This document shows, one piece after another, positions 37,569 to 51,553 of a DNA stretch of 64,000 nt; the first letter of the stretch is position 1, and each line of letters begins with the position of its first letter. A program made the translations under genes and the position numbers. This DNA comes from Lama guanicoe. Lineage: Eukaryota. The stretch is taken from NCBI GenBank assembly GCA_013239625.1, contig MU053881.1:6843957-6907956 (forward strand), in the 5' to 3' direction. Below the pieces are notes generated by a model. It made no database searches. It saw nothing but the letters and a program-made list of their open reading frames with translations, and was not told where the DNA came from.

Positions 37569-40500
37569 GGGGGTGACGGTGCTGAGGGATTGGATCCAGA
37601 GTGTGCTTCTTTTGTGCTATATGGGATCTCCAGAGTCACAGCTCTGGCTTTGTGATTGGGCAAGTTTTCCAATCTCTCTCGGCCTCAGGGTGGGAATAAC
37701 AAAAGTAGGTAACTCACAGGGCCAGGGCTGGATGGAATGCAGGGATCCTTGTAAGGCCCCGGCAAACAAACAAAGGACAGTGGCAATGACTGTCCCTTGC
37801 ACGGTGCCTGCTGAGTTTGGCACGACGGGCTGCTGTTTCTGGACTCGTGAGGCGCGGGCAGGGTTAATCAGCACCAGGACGGCGGGATCATCCCTCAGTC
37901 CAATATGCCTCGTGGCTTGGGAGCATCTCGGGCTCCGAGGGACAGCGGGTTCCCGGCTGATGTTTGCAGATAGCGAGCTGCAAGCCTGGGCTTGGCTCTG
38001 CCTGCCAAACACAGATGGTTTGAAAACATGCCGCCCAGACTGGCCCAGGGTTAATCAGAAAGATTACAGAAAGAAAATTGGGGTAGGCTAACCCCAGCCT
38101 CTCAGACACCAGCCTCAGAATCACATCTCTCCCTCCTTGACTCCTGCCCAATTATCTGCCTCCGCTTCCAAACCACCTCATTCCAGCAAGAAATGAAAAT
38201 TGGCCAGACTGGAACGACAGTGGGAATGCTCGCTGGGTGGTAACTCATTCCTTTCCCCTCCGTGCTGTCTCAGCTGGCCTGCTAGTCCTCCCATATTGTT
38301 TGGCTGTTACAGCGGAAGAGGTGATCCACGGGTGATGGTTTGGGGTGCAGCCTGGGGGGCACAGGTCTTGGGAAGTCCCCAGAGTTGTGCTGCTTCGGTC
38401 AGAATAGGGGCCTTGAGACCTCGCCTTCTGAAGCAGGAGCATGTGTCACCTTCGGTCAAACTGGGAAAGAACCAGTTTTGTCTTGTTACTTTTCTACACG
38501 GGATCTGAGTTCTAGAAATGGACGGAGTGTCATGTAGCAGGGAAGACCAGAATTTGCAGACAGACAGCCCCCGACTCCTAATTCTGGCTCCGTTCTGAGC
38601 TGGCTGTGTGACTTGGAGTTGTGCCCTCTCCTCTCTGAAGCTCAGAACTTCTCATCCGTAGCTGGGGATAACGAGAGCTCTCCCCCTCCCAGGGTTCTTG
38701 TGTGCGCTGAATAAAAGGGTGCACGCGGTGCTTAGTGCAAAGTCAGGCACAGAGCAGGTGCCATGAGGAGTGTTGCAGTGATGGCTACTAAATCTCATCA
38801 TTCCAAAGCCGGAAGGGACCTTTGAAGCTGGCAACTCCCTCATCTTAGCAATGAAGAAACTAAGGCCCAGAGAAGGGAAGCCACCTGCTCAAGGAGCAAA
38901 GGTGATGATCTGGGTTCAAATCCAGGCCCGGGTCCAAATCTGCTGCTCTTTGAAGCTCTAAGAACACAAAATGGAACGTGATGGCTTGAAGGAGAGAGAA
39001 CCACGGCTGGCTGTGTGCTCGTGGCCCTCCTATCCCCAGCCCAACAGGAGGGAGGTTTTCTTCTGCATCCAGACTGTGAGGAGTACTGGGAGGGAGGTCA
39101 TTGGTGATGGTAAATGTCTTCTCTCACGCCTTGCCCTGGAGTCCCGCTTCCACGTCCACCCAGCTGTCCTGGGGGCCTGTGCCATCTCCACATCTCTGCT
39201 TTCTCTGCACAACCCTCTGCCCTTCTGTGGGGGCCCTCAGAGCCTGGGTCCTTGCTCCTGTCCCTCTAGACGGGGAGCAGATGTATCCTGGGAGGAGCCC
39301 GACCCCCCCCCCCGCACATCTGGCCAGCTGTAGTGGGCAGTCCTGCAGGGCACTCCAGAACTGGAATGGAAGAGGGGCCCTTGGTCTTGCCAGCACTGAC
39401 CCCTCATCTCATCAAGGTCATCGTGGCTGGCGGCTTCTGTCAAACTCCTGCACAGAAATTCAGAACAGGGACATGGGGAGTGGGAGCCCTCTGAAGCAGC
39501 CTGACAAAGCCCTGGGCTCCATAAAGGACTCCAGTCCTACAGCCCGATGCTGCTGGGCAGGGAAGATTGTGAGTCATCACTTGCTCAACATCCATCCAGT
39601 GCTCCAGGCACTGCCCATCAGCCCCATGCGGTGAAGGCTCATGTTCTCACAGGGGCAAAGGGATGGCCAATAAATACATGAATCACTAAATAAAAAGGCT
39701 ACTTTCAGCGGTGGACAAGTTCAGTTATGGAAGTTGTAACTGAGAGTTACTGGGGGCAGAGGTGACAGCTTTGGAGAAGCAGTACATCGAGAGAAGAGCC
39801 AGACGACTTGACCTATAGCCTTGTGTCTTTTCGCTCTGCCTCCTGTCTGCTGGCTGCAAGTCCAAGGTTTAATCGCAGGAGAGGAAGAGAAGGGCAGGCA
39901 CTTGACTGTCACCAGGCAGCCCTTATGTGCCGGGTACTCGGCATGTCACGTGCACCATCTCCTCGTAGCCCCATGAGCTGGGAATTACTGGCCCCATTTT
40001 CCAGGGCAGGACACAGACTCAAAGTGGGAAGTGGCTTGCCCCAGGCTCACCTGCCAGCAAGTGGCAGGACCTGAACCCAGGACGATCTGGCTCCAGGGCT
40101 GGGCGCTTGCTTCCCCTGCATTTTCCTGCCATCGATGGCTGCTTCACACGACCACCTCTGCTCTTAAGAATCAACAGTTTTTAGGGACCTGGGACTCAGG
40201 GTCCAGAGAAGATTCTGTGGCCTGGAAGATTCTGGAACCCTAAGAAGAATGGGGAAGGTGAGGGTCACACTGGCACAACCAGGGACTTCCCGGCCTCCAA
40301 AGGCTGATTAAGACCTGATTTGATCCACTCCATCCTGTATCTTTGTACTGCGGCCCTCCTGCCTGCCAGAGGGGCCCATTTCCAGCTACTTTTAATTTGG
40401 AACAAACCAGCTGCTCCCCCGTGGTCCTAAAGTTAATAGGATGTCTGTGCAGCATTGCCGGGATAAGCTGCCCTGAACAAATTATTCCTGCCTGGTATTG

Positions 40501-43500
40501 GTGTCATCGGGTAGATGTGCCCGGAGGCCCCAGAGAGGGACAGGCTTGGTAGGTGGGGGAGGTCCCAGCTTCCTCCTTCCCCTCTGATATGGGATGACGG
40601 GGACCCCAGAGAGCACCTGGCCAGCAAAACGGATCAGGGAGTGATGGGCCTGTGACAAAGGGACAAGGGTAAGAGAGCTGTAGGCTGGGATGAGGACTCG
40701 TGGGCATCAGGAGAGACAGAGCGAGCACACTGCCCACGGTGGTGGGCGCTGGCTTGGGAGGGGAGAGCCAGGCGTGGACCAGAATGACTGAACCTTCTGC
40801 CAGTGACGAGGCACAAGCACTCAGAGGTTCCCAGTTGCAACCAGGGAGGGGGCCGTGCTGACACGAGCTGGTGCTCGCCTGCAGGGCCAGGACAGGGAGC
40901 TAGCTGGGGTCCGGGCTGGTGGAGACTCTAACTTCCCCAGCAAAGGGAGGTGCACTGCGCACAAGCTGAGCTTCTCAGGAGACAGGTGATGTCCTCCTTT
41001 TGGCAGAGGGCACTGTCACATCTCACAGGTTCCCAGAGCCCCAGAGTCAAGGCCATTGCTTTCCTAGACAATTCTAGCAAGCAGTCTATATCTCAGTTCC
41101 AGGCTGCCCGGTGCCCTAAATCTCGTGCATTTCTCACACTTGCCCTGTGAGGAGGGGGAGCAGTGGGGGAGAGGCCCTCATGGGTGCAGTGTGCACTCAC
41201 CATCCAGCAGGTGCTGGGGCCGCAGCGCACCTGTCTGAGAGATGAGAGTGATGGGAGGAGGGCACACATGCGGCTGTCTCGCTGACCTTGGCCTGTGGGG
41301 TGTTCCCTTTAAGTTTATTCCTAGTAATTTTTCCCATTAATTATGTATTTATATATTTAATATTTATGTATTATGTAATTATTTATAATAATGGAAATAA
41401 TTAATGATTCCCATTAAGCTTACTCCTTAACCCAGGCCATGCCACATTAGGGAATTTGTCCCAACCCCTTGCAAGACAGGTGGCTGCCCCGAAGTGAGCC
41501 AGCAGGTACTTGACAAACCTACCTAAGAAATTAGCAGGAAATTGGGGGCACTGTGCTGGTGACAAGGTGGGAGCGATGCCCACAGGGGCGTCTTCTCCAG
41601 CTCTATGGAGAGGCAAGCACTTGGTCATGGCCCTACTAGGACCTGGGTTCTAATCCCAACTCTGTTACTCATTGCCAGCTGGGCCACCTGGCTTAGCTAA
41701 AGGTCAGTTTCTTTAAAACTGTTAAAATGGTGATTGCAATGCCTGCTTCCAGGGTCAGGATGGGGCGAGACAAGAGAGGTGCCTAGGGCACGCAGTTGTT
41801 GGAGGGACTCCCTCTCAGCGCCCTGCCGGTACAGGGTTGCCCCTTGCCCTGCTAGCTGCTAGTCTGTGACTTGTCCTTGTTGAGGTAGAAAACAGCCTTG
41901 TGTGGTTGACACAGCCGTTATCTCCAACGAGCAGCGAGGAAGCTTGGTTTGCGGGGAGCTGTGCAACTCGCCCAAGCTCACACAGCTGGTGGACAGCAGG
42001 GCTGGGACTCAAGCCCAGCCTGCCTGAGAGCAGAGCCCTCTCCAAGTTCAAAGTCAGTTTCTTGACTCAGGCTCCTGAACAGCGGTGGAGAAGAGGCCAG
42101 AGGAACAGCATGACTCTGGTGGGTCTGAAATTGAGGTCCTGCCTCGCACAGAGAGAAACAACCTGGGTCACGTACTCCCTGCCCTGGGGCTCCAGGGCAA
42201 TGTCCTTGAGCTAAATCTTACAAGATCAACACGGCCCCACTCTGCACCCTGCAGCCATGCGCATAGCCAGGTAGACTAGAAGCTCTCCTGGACTGGATTC
42301 CTCCCTCCTGCTTGCTTTGGCTTTGCCATCTGTACCTGGGGTGACAGATGGGGTCCCCAAATGCAGAAGGAAATGGACTTAAACTTCCCCAGCCAGAGTG
42401 GCGCCTGCACGACTTCTGGCTCCTGCCCCCAGCCCCAGGGGGTCTGAGAGGGGGCTGGAGAGCTAGCTGCACAGGAAGAGGAGGAGGCAGGCTCCCCAGG
42501 GCCCAGTTTAACTGGGCATCCAAGCCAGGAGCTGGGCTTCTGCTAAGTTCTTCAGAGCAGGGAAGGGCCCGGTTCTGGGAGTCAGCCTTTTAACTCCTCA
42601 TCAGGGAATCGGGTGTGGGAAACGGCTCAAGGGTCAGTTTCAGCACTGGGTGGGGCCTTAGGAGGGCAGGTTCAGGAGCCGGGAAACAGCAGGTGCTCTA
42701 GATACTAAAGAAGCTGCTCTCAGAATCTGTGTCAGGGGCTCAAGAAACAAGCAGTGAGTGAGGAGTGTCTGCCCAGAGCTGCTCACAGCCCCGAGCGCAT
42801 CAGCCAATCACTGCAGCGGCACCAGGGAGCACTTCCCGAGTACTGACCAAGCAGGGAGCTCTAGATACACAGTCTCATCTAATCCCAATAAGAGGGCATT
42901 TGTGATTCCATTTTATAGATTAGGTAACTGAGGCCAGAGAGAGGTGAGGGACCCAGCATGAGGCTTCCCAGCCAGTGCTCAGAGAACCCAAGGATGTCCC
43001 CGTCTGGCAACCAAATGCCTTTTCCACTGCATAACTGGTTTGCAAACTGTTTTACTTTAAGTAAGAGAAACTCATTTGTTAGATTTCAGAGAAACCCAAT
43101 ATGTAAAACAAATCAAAGCAGAGCTGAAGGAGCGGAAGTGGGGGTTCCAGAACACCCCCCGACCCCTGCAGCACACACATAGCCTCCCCTCTTGTGACAA
43201 TTTCAGTGCCCTTCCCAGGACACTAAGAAGCTCAGGCACCATTCTGAATGATTTGTCTGGCTCGAGGCTCACCCTCTGGCTACAGGTCCTGTAAGTGGAC
43301 AGAACTGAGAGAGTGTTGACTGAGCACCTCTGGGAAGCACGTGCGTGCACGGTGCTTCCTAGAAACTCCTACTTCAAGCATCATCTCAGGGCACCGTGTA
43401 GCGCTGCTTCATTCATTTAATTCTATTGATGAAGTGCCTGCTCTGGGCTGGGCACTGGGTGAGTCACTCTGGCTACCGTGGTGGGTAAAAATGCGCATGC

Positions 43501-44846
43501 TCCCTGCCCTCACAGAGCGTAAGTCGAGAGGGGAAGACAGCCTTTAGCAAACATGTTCCTGAAGGAAAGACAGATCACATATTGAAGGAAAAGTTCAAAG
43601 TCAAGGAGATGTGTGAGCAGGAGGACCTATCAGTTCATCTCTGAAAAGAGCTCCCATGAGAAATCTGGGCCCCTCCGCAGCTAAGGCCAATGGGAACGGG
43701 GATTGCTGGCACCGGTGAGGGGGGAGGTGGCCAGGACAGGAGCAGGCCAGACACCGAGGGGTGGTCGTGGGCCCTTCCTGTCCCCCTGTTCCCAAGGCAG
43801 GTAAGAAACAATACATTGTCCCCACGACCAACAGGAGGTACCTGGTCCAATAGAATCTTTTCATTCCTCAGTCCTGAAAGGAGCAAAGAGAAATACCTCT
43901 TCTAAAGATGGGATTATTGCAAATTTAAGACTCCATGTGATGAATAAAGAATAAGTGAAATCACACTGAAAACCAGAAATCATTACGTAAAAGTAGGGTC
44001 TAGGCTGAATCATCTAGGGCCGGTCCACACATTAGGAAGATCTTTCTCTGCTTCCCTTGCTCTGAGCTTGGCCCTGCTCTCTCGATCATTTATTTAAAAA
44101 ATATTTACCAAACACCTGGTTCGGGCAGAACACTGGTTTCCAGCGTGTGCCTCGCGCAGAGCCAGGGCTGTGTACAAACACTCGGTGCTCTCTATGGAGC
44201 CAGGAGACGCGGTCCTGCCCTGGCGCCTGCCGTGGGTCACCTCCCGGGGCCCTGGCTGTAGAAAACTCAGTACTGAAGCAGGTCAGAGGAAGGCCAGGCG
44301 GCCACTCGGTCCCCAGTGCCGGTCCCCATGGAGTCCTTTCAGTGTCACGTGGATGTTAGTCTCTGGGATGCTGAGAGGAGAGAAGGGGCCGTCCTGACCA
44401 CTGGCTGGTTTCTCTGCAGAAGCCGACGTGCCAGTGCTGCCCCCTCTGCTGGCACCAGCCCCCCTCCACTCCAGCCCTGCCCCTCCTGCTCATCTCAGTT
44501 TAGATGCCACCTTTGGAGAAGCCTCTCCATCTGCCCCAGGCTTCTCTCCTCTGTGCCTGGTGGCCCCCATGCCTCCCTCCATCTCAGTGCTTAGGGTGCT
44601 GCCCCCGTGGTGTCTGTGTCTTTGGTCTGTGCCCCCACGAGAATGCACCTTTCTTGACAGAGGGCTTGAGTCTTATTCATCCATATGTCCAGTGTCTGGC
44701 AACAAATGTGGCACGAGGTATGGAGCTCAATGAATAAATGTTGAGCAAATGGTTGTAAGCAAATGCGCAAACCAAAGTATCTTCATGCTCATTTATTCAA
44801 ATAGCCATTTAAATACCGCTGTCTCTCCATCTCTCTGTCTCTCTTT

Positions 44847-44871
<25 letters not shown>
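44847..44871. repeat. (CA)12 microsatellite
   Basis: Read directly. Confidence 0.95.
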
Positions 44872-44877
<6 letters not shown>

Positions 44878-46744
44878 GCACCCACTCTCTCTCCCTGCCT
44901 GACCCACTTGCTCACACTCACCTCTCTTGCTGTACAATGTCCACCTGTGATCTCTCCCTCTGACGCTGCCAGGGCTGCCCAGACCCACCTGCAGCCAGCT
45001 ACATTAAGGAGGTTTCGACCCTGGGCAGGCAGAGGAGACGGCCTGGGTTACCCTCTCCAGACTCACGCACATCTCAGTCCCTGAGCGCTCCTTCACGCGT
45101 GGTCACTGCAACACACTCTGCAAAGGGATCCCGTGACTCAGCTTCCCTGGATCCTTGAGACCATGCTGGGAGCTAGACAGGTTGGAGGTAACAGATTCAT
45201 TTGAGGCTCAGAGAGGGGGTGACTTGCACAGAGAGCAAAGCTGGGGCTGAGACCTAGGTTTCCTAAGTCCAGGCCAAAGCACTTTCTGTTGCATTCCCTG
45301 GAAATAGAGACTGAGATCGGATGACACCCCTCACCCATCACCCACCCCATCCTGGGATCCTTAATGTGGGAGAAAACCCTTAATTTATGTCAGAGGATTG
45401 AACAGGGGAGCTTTGCACAATCTTCTAAGCCCTCTGCTCTCTCCGCCTCACCTCAGTGCCTCCCACTTGGAACCCGTAGTAATTCTGCCCGGCAGCCTGA
45501 CGCTTAGCACTGGGCGTTCAGTCCACCGGGGCTTCCTGGAGGAGGCAGTGACCGATTTTCAGAAGTGTAATAGGGACAGAACAGGAGCGATGAAAGGGCC
45601 AGAGAAAGGAGATAAACAAAATCTCACTCTTCCTCCTCCTACACCCACCTTGCAATTTGCACCAGGCTGGACCTGCTGGGCATCCGGGGACCTGAACCTG
45701 GTCATCAGAGCTGGCCACGCAGGGCCTTTATTTTCACTCATTGTCATTCAGAAAATCCCCATCAAGGGTTTGTAGGCCTCCTTCCTTCCCCGAATACCCT
45801 GCCTGCTGTTTCCAATGCCTCTCCTCCAAAGGCTCCTTGTGAAAGAGAGCATGAATATTTAAAGACATTTTTTCAGCCAGTGGAACCACATCACACTGCT
45901 GCTCTTTCTTTAAATTTTATCCCCAGAAAGTTTGCCAGAGTGTCTCTGAGTGCCTCACCCTTCCTGGTGCAGAGCGTTAACATAGGGGCCCAGAGACAGG
46001 GGCGCCCCTGCGAAGTGAGCCTGCCTCCCTTCTGCATCTTGGGACTGAATTGGGCATGCAGAGTCCTAGTTCTGCTCCACAACCAGCCTTTCTGGGCTGC
46101 CCCGGGAGTTACATCTGCAAATTCCCTGCCACCCCAGTCCTTGGAGAAGTAGAGACAACAGACAAGGTGTAGGAAGGAGATGTGGAAGGACAGCCAAGAA
46201 ACTCAGGACCCTGGAACCCAACGAGAGAAAGCTCCTGGCACATCAGACCCAGAGCTGATTCGGATCCCGTATTCCTCAGTGTGCGGTGGATTCCAGCCCC
46301 ATGGCCACCTCCTGCAGGCCCCAGCAGCATCTTTCTTCCGCAGAATTACTCACAGCCCACCGCATCAAATCTCTCTTTTATCAACAGGACACAACAGGAC
46401 ACAACACTCCTTGGATAACTTCTTGAAACTCTAGTCACGCTAAGCCGCTTTGAGTGCTCTGGGAAAGGAGCCGTCCCTCTGCCCGCCTGTAACCAATCAG
46501 CCACACACCACCAAACCCATTTCCAAAGTTCCAGGCAATTACAGCCGGCTGAGCTCCCTGGCCCGGTGCCCACCTGCTCGGAGACAGGACAGGTTGTCGG
46601 CAACCCCGAATCCCAGCCACTGACTTCCCCCCAGGTTCCTCTGAGACCCAGGCGCACCGGAACAGCCACACTTACCACACCGAGGCACTTTGACTAGCCA
46701 GACGACACCAAGACAGAAAACGAGGGTTAGGCCAGGCTCCCTAC

Positions 46745-46832
46745 CTTTGCTGAGGGTCCCGGTGATGAGCTTAAAGATGGTCTGGGCAAATTTCACGAAC
46801 CCAAGCTTGCATCTTTTGGAGCAGCTGCTCAT
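46745..46832 (-). CDS. KCNIP1: KCNIP1 (KChIP1) distal alternative first coding exon, 88 nt
   Basis: Minus strand ctGCCACCATG Kozak context; translates MSSCSKRCKLGFVKFAQTIFKLITGTLSK+G, matching the remembered KChIP1 alternative N-terminus (MSGCSKRCKLGFVKFAQTIFKLITGTLSK-DKIEDELE). Donor AAAG|gtaggg at 46745/46744. Synteny with KCNMB1 fits. Confidence 0.92.
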
Positions 46833-47360
46833 GGTGGCAGAGGGAAGGCAGGGTCTGTGTCAGCGCCCGGAAAGCAAGGCACCCACCTAGCGTGCCCCTG
46901 GAACTCGGAGCCTGCCTAGGCGAACCCTGAGGGATGGTCGCACCCCAGAAGCTCCGGGAACAGCACAGCTGCCTCTGCAGTGAGTCCAGCTTCTGCATCC
47001 AGAGAGCCTGCAGGGCACGATGCTTGCTCCCTTCCTCTCTCCCTCCCTCCACCCCCTCCTGCTGTCCTCCCAGGTCCTCGCCACGGCAGGACCTCGGGAT
47101 GCCAGGGCTGGGGCAGCACTGCCAGGGCACAGGGCGCTCTGAGGGGACCGAGGAGGAGAGTGAAGCTGAGCAGAGCAGGGAAGGAGGAGCCGGAGCTCTC
47201 CCAGGCTTTGCTGACTGTCTTTCTTACATGGCAGTGGTAATGTAGCAATTAATACTCGAGTCAGAAGGGAGGGGACTGCCACGCGAAAACACTCCGCTCC
47301 ACAGCCTCCCGGCTCGCTCTCCCGCTCTTTTCCTTCCTGGTTAATCTAATAGATCAATTC
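46833..47360 (-). promoter_or_regulatory. KCNIP1: KCNIP1 distal 5' UTR / proximal promoter (TSS not resolvable)
   Basis: Repeat-free, GC/CpG-enriched sequence directly upstream of the KCNIP1 ATG, with homeodomain-like TAAT motifs near 47246-47356. Confidence 0.5.
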
Positions 47361-50300
47361 TCCGTGCCGTGCTTTGATCGTGATCTTAGAACTCCCCCAC
47401 CCAGAGCAGGAGATCGCTGCTGTGCACTCAGTGGAAAGTTTGCAGGCAGCCTCTGAGCGGCCTGGTTTGCATCACAGAGAAGTCGAGCTGAGTGGGGAGG
47501 ACCAGAGTTGGGGGTGGGGGTGGGGGTGGGGGCAGCTCCCTGGCTCCAGCAGCTGGGGCTGTCTACCTCCGTGACTTAGTGACTTAGAAGCCAATGCCTC
47601 GCTGTCTCCTGGCTCCAGGTGTCCCCCGACAGCTCCCCTTAAAACACACACCTACTCCAGAGCAGATAAGAGTCTGTGCTCTCTCATTAGGATAGCAGAG
47701 GAGTGCAATTAGGGCTTTTCTTGATGAAGAAAGTATTCCTCAGAGATGGCAGAAAGGGATGACTGAAATTCAAACAATGTGACAACAGTACATTGTTCTT
47801 AGAAGTGAAACCACAAGGTGTTGTGCAAATATGAACTCCAACTAGCCCTTAATGAAAAGTCTGGCTGCCACTCAGTACCACAGTCTGTGTGGCTTGGATG
47901 GGATGTCAGCAGACAGCTCATCCCGCCCTCTACACAGGGCATGACCCTCCCCCACAACATCCCCACTTTACTCTCCTTGGTGATTTAAACGGCCCCCGTG
48001 GGCCATCACCATGGGTACCACCTGCTAATGCACTGTGGTTCCGTGAGACCAGCAAATATGAAACGTACCTTCAGCTGAGCTGAGCCGCGCCCTGGAAGTG
48101 TCTGTCTCTTTCTCTCCATCAGCTTGTCTATTATCTGCTTCTCCGGGATGTTTGGGAAGACTCGGACTCCTTATGAGCCAGAGAAGGGAGACTACCAGGG
48201 GACAAAAACGTCAGATAAACCAGAACTCATATTCCACACCTAGTTTCTTCCTTATCTTCCGTGAGTCACATGGACGTGAACCTTGAAACGAACCTCAGCC
48301 CTTAAGGTGGTCTCCAATAAATTTCAGCTCCAAGAACAGATCCCGGAGACAGCCCACTAGCACAGAGCCTCTCTCCAAGCCCCAAAGTGGCCTGCGCTCC
48401 CTGATCCGCCCGCACGTGTGAGTCACAACACATACAACAGAAAGGAACCCTGGCAGAAAATACCCCGTTGCATTTTGCATCTTAGGGCTTGAAATTGTCA
48501 TGTTATTCACTCTTTGTCTTAAGGTATTGTAGGTCCCAGTTAAAACGCATTTGGTATCTGGGAATGTTCACGGAACTTAGTCTTTTATACACTTGTTCAC
48601 ATATCTAGTACTTACTAAGCTTGCAGTCTGTAGAAAAGGGCTGAGCAGCCAGGATGCAGGAAACACCGAGCACCCAGGATATAGAAAACACCAAGCCAGG
48701 CGCACTAGACGGACATGGTCAGTGCCCTTCTGGACCTAACTATAGAGTGGATTCATCGTCAGATGCAAAGGTCTTGTCAACAGCCATTTATCCAGTGAAT
48801 TTTGTTCACTTTGCTGACTAAGTGGAAAGAGAGTGACGGGGGCTCCTATTTCACAGGGTCATCGAGGAAGCCTTCCCTCCATTAAAATGACATGTAAGCA
48901 GAGACCCCAAACCAGCCACACAGCTCTCTGGAGTAGTAACTGTTAGGGCTGAGGAACAGCCTAGTGCAAAGGCCAAAGACAGACCTGAGATCCTAAGGTC
49001 TGCAATTTAGCAATTACTGAGCAAGCAGATGAGCCTCAGTTTTTCCTTCTGTAAAATGGGAAGGATGGTTCTTTCCTCCTAGGGTTTGGGAGAGATTTAA
49101 ATGAAATCAATGTGCTTAATATAGCTTCTGGCATATTATACCACTTTATCAGGGACAAAGGTCATTACTGCTGTTCCTACTACTGCCACTGTTGGCGGTG
49201 GTACCACCTTTCCTGCCTCTGTCCCCTAAAACAACTCCTCGCCTAAATGGAGGCTGTGTGGTTAAAGCTTCCGGATCACTGGAAATCTTCGAGCCAGGCT
49301 CCAAGCTTTAATTTCCCCTGTAGTAACTCAAAACTTAAACATTTCTGATTCTCCTCTGAACACAGCACGGTGTCAAGTATCTGAACCCTCAGTCTTAGAT
49401 AAACAACTCAGGCCCAGAGAGGGTCAGTAGCATCCAAAACATCACACAGCAAAATCCCCAGGAATGTGGGTGAGGTGTTTAGTGTGCCAAGAACATTCCC
49501 AGTGAAGGAAGGCAGGTTGTGTCGGTATTAACTTCATGACAGAATACAGGAGAGGATCGTTCTCTGCTCAAGAAACGTTCTATTCTGCAAAAGAGGAGCA
49601 AGAGAGGCCGTGCCGGTATTCGGGTGGCACCAGGGAAATTAAACCATCAGCAAGTTTATAATTAGTCAGCCTCCCTGTGCAGATGCACATTAGCCAAAGG
49701 AACGTGGAAAGACAGTTATCTCACCACCTGAAACTGTTAACGGTAATCTTCACATGCCAGTTCCAGGAGGAAGGAGGAGAGACAGATGGGGGCTCCAGAT
49801 GGCATCTGGGCCCAGGAAAGTGTGCTGACCTCTCTGAGTGCAAGGTCAAGAGAGGACAGACGTGCGTTTTAGAGGCGGAGTGCAGAGGGGTGCTCAGACG
49901 ACAAACAAGCAAACACATTTCTAAGGTAGAGAATTTCAGAGCATGAAAATACTCCGAAGCGAATAGTGACCAGTGTATGTTTTCCTAATCAGCTGGATGG
50001 AGCCCTCTCAGCGCTTACTGAACAGCTTATAGCAGGACAGCCGCTAAGGGGAAAGGGGCAGATTCCATGGAGGGGCTCCACGGGGATCAGAATCACTACA
50101 ATCACCGTGATCTGTTACTCCATTACCAGATAACATGCCTGGTGTTGTATTTGGATTATTTGCATCTTATCACAAACTCGTGAGCTTTGTACTGTTATTT
50201 ATTATTCCCATTCTACAGATGAGCAAGTGGAGGCTCCGGCAGATTTGGTGACTCACCCCGGAGGAGGAGGAGGTCGAGTCCCAACGGGACTGGTGACTGA

Positions 50301-51553
50301 TTGGAAGAAAGTCCGGGGGGGGATGGAAGGGAGCCAAAAGCACCAGTTGTCCTAGAAACAGAAACAGGAAAAGTACAAAGAGAACCAGGTCTGGGGAGGG
50401 GAATGATTACAGATTCTGTTTGTCTTGGGGGGGAACTGTCTATCCCATCGATGGAAATGAAAGCAAGGATCTGAGGAGGGAGGGAGGGAGCTAGTATTCT
50501 TGTAAATAAACAATTTTTGTTGCTGCTTAGGAAGAAAATAAATGTGGCTTCTCAGCAGGCCCAAAATATTAGCATTTAAATACAGGCTTACACAGGTGGG
50601 TAAAAAAAGGCAATTTCCTCTGAGTTAAACCAGATTCTTTTTTCCCCTCTAAGTCTCAGAAAAATCCATCCTGTACCAGCGTGGTCCTCAGAGAGGAGTG
50701 CGCCTTGCTTTAGGGGCACACTGGCTCCAAGTTCTTGCTGGGCCTCCAGGCCTTCTTTCCAACATCATTATGAGAAAATGATGCTTAAGAGCTGATGGAG
50801 ATTCGTCAGCACTGTTGGCCGGAGTTGCTTGGGCCCCTTGTGTTGGGATCTTGATGCTCTTTGCACTCAACTGTGTCAGGAGGTCTACAGGGTCCGGCTG
50901 GGGGCTGCAGGAACCGTGGTTTTCCTATGGAATTGGCAAGAAGGGGGTGTGTGCAGCTGCAGATGCTTCTAGGAACCAAGGAGGTCCCTGAAGCCATCCC
51001 TTCTCTGTTGGCGCCCCTAAATGCCACTCCATTGCTACCCACTGACACGTCCTGCCCAATGCTGTCTTGCTTGGGCCCCTGGCACACTCTTCTCAGAACT
51101 GACCCGCTCCTGGCGCACCAGGGGGCCCCTGTATTGTGCAGTCGTGGAAGGAGAAGGTCCAGCTTAAACTGGATGCCAAAGGCCACAGGCATGGCTCTGG
51201 CTGCCCTCGGCTGACCAACACAAAGCCCTACGAATAGGACTCATTACATCTCATCGCTGCATCCCCGGGCCTCCCAGAGCCACCGAGAGCAGGGCACAGC
51301 TCCACAAAGTGCAGATTTTAGGGCTGGGGTCCCAGTTCCTAAATACAGTTGATTCTAGATGCTTCTTTTCTCTAACTTTCCCGTCAAAACATGTCTGTCC
51401 TGTAACCCAGGTCCACAGGGCCCTGCTGTTTGCAAATAGCCCAGGTGGCTTTTCCCATGTCTTTAGCTCAACAAACCACGCCGTGCCTCCCAGGACCCCC
51501 AGGTCACAGCACTAGGAGTCCTTCTTGATTTCTCCCTCACCCTTCTTCCCCTC

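Larger units (their letters stand above)
1..46744 (-). other. KCNIP1: KCNIP1 intron 1 (continues beyond window start), hosting antisense KCNMB1
   Basis: Follows the donor at 46744 on the - strand; no KChIP core exon (KIEDELE...) was seen between 46744 and 1. Confidence 0.8.

Noticed and set aside
37867..37886. REST/RE1-like site ATCAGCACC-A-GGACGGCGG
   Set aside because: The half-site spacer is 1 nt rather than the canonical 2 and the right half is mismatched; too weak to call.
46539..46744. C-terminal two-thirds of the 97-aa ORF beginning MSSCSKRCK
   Set aside because: KChIP1 similarity ends at the GT donor at 46744; the remainder is intronic read-through.
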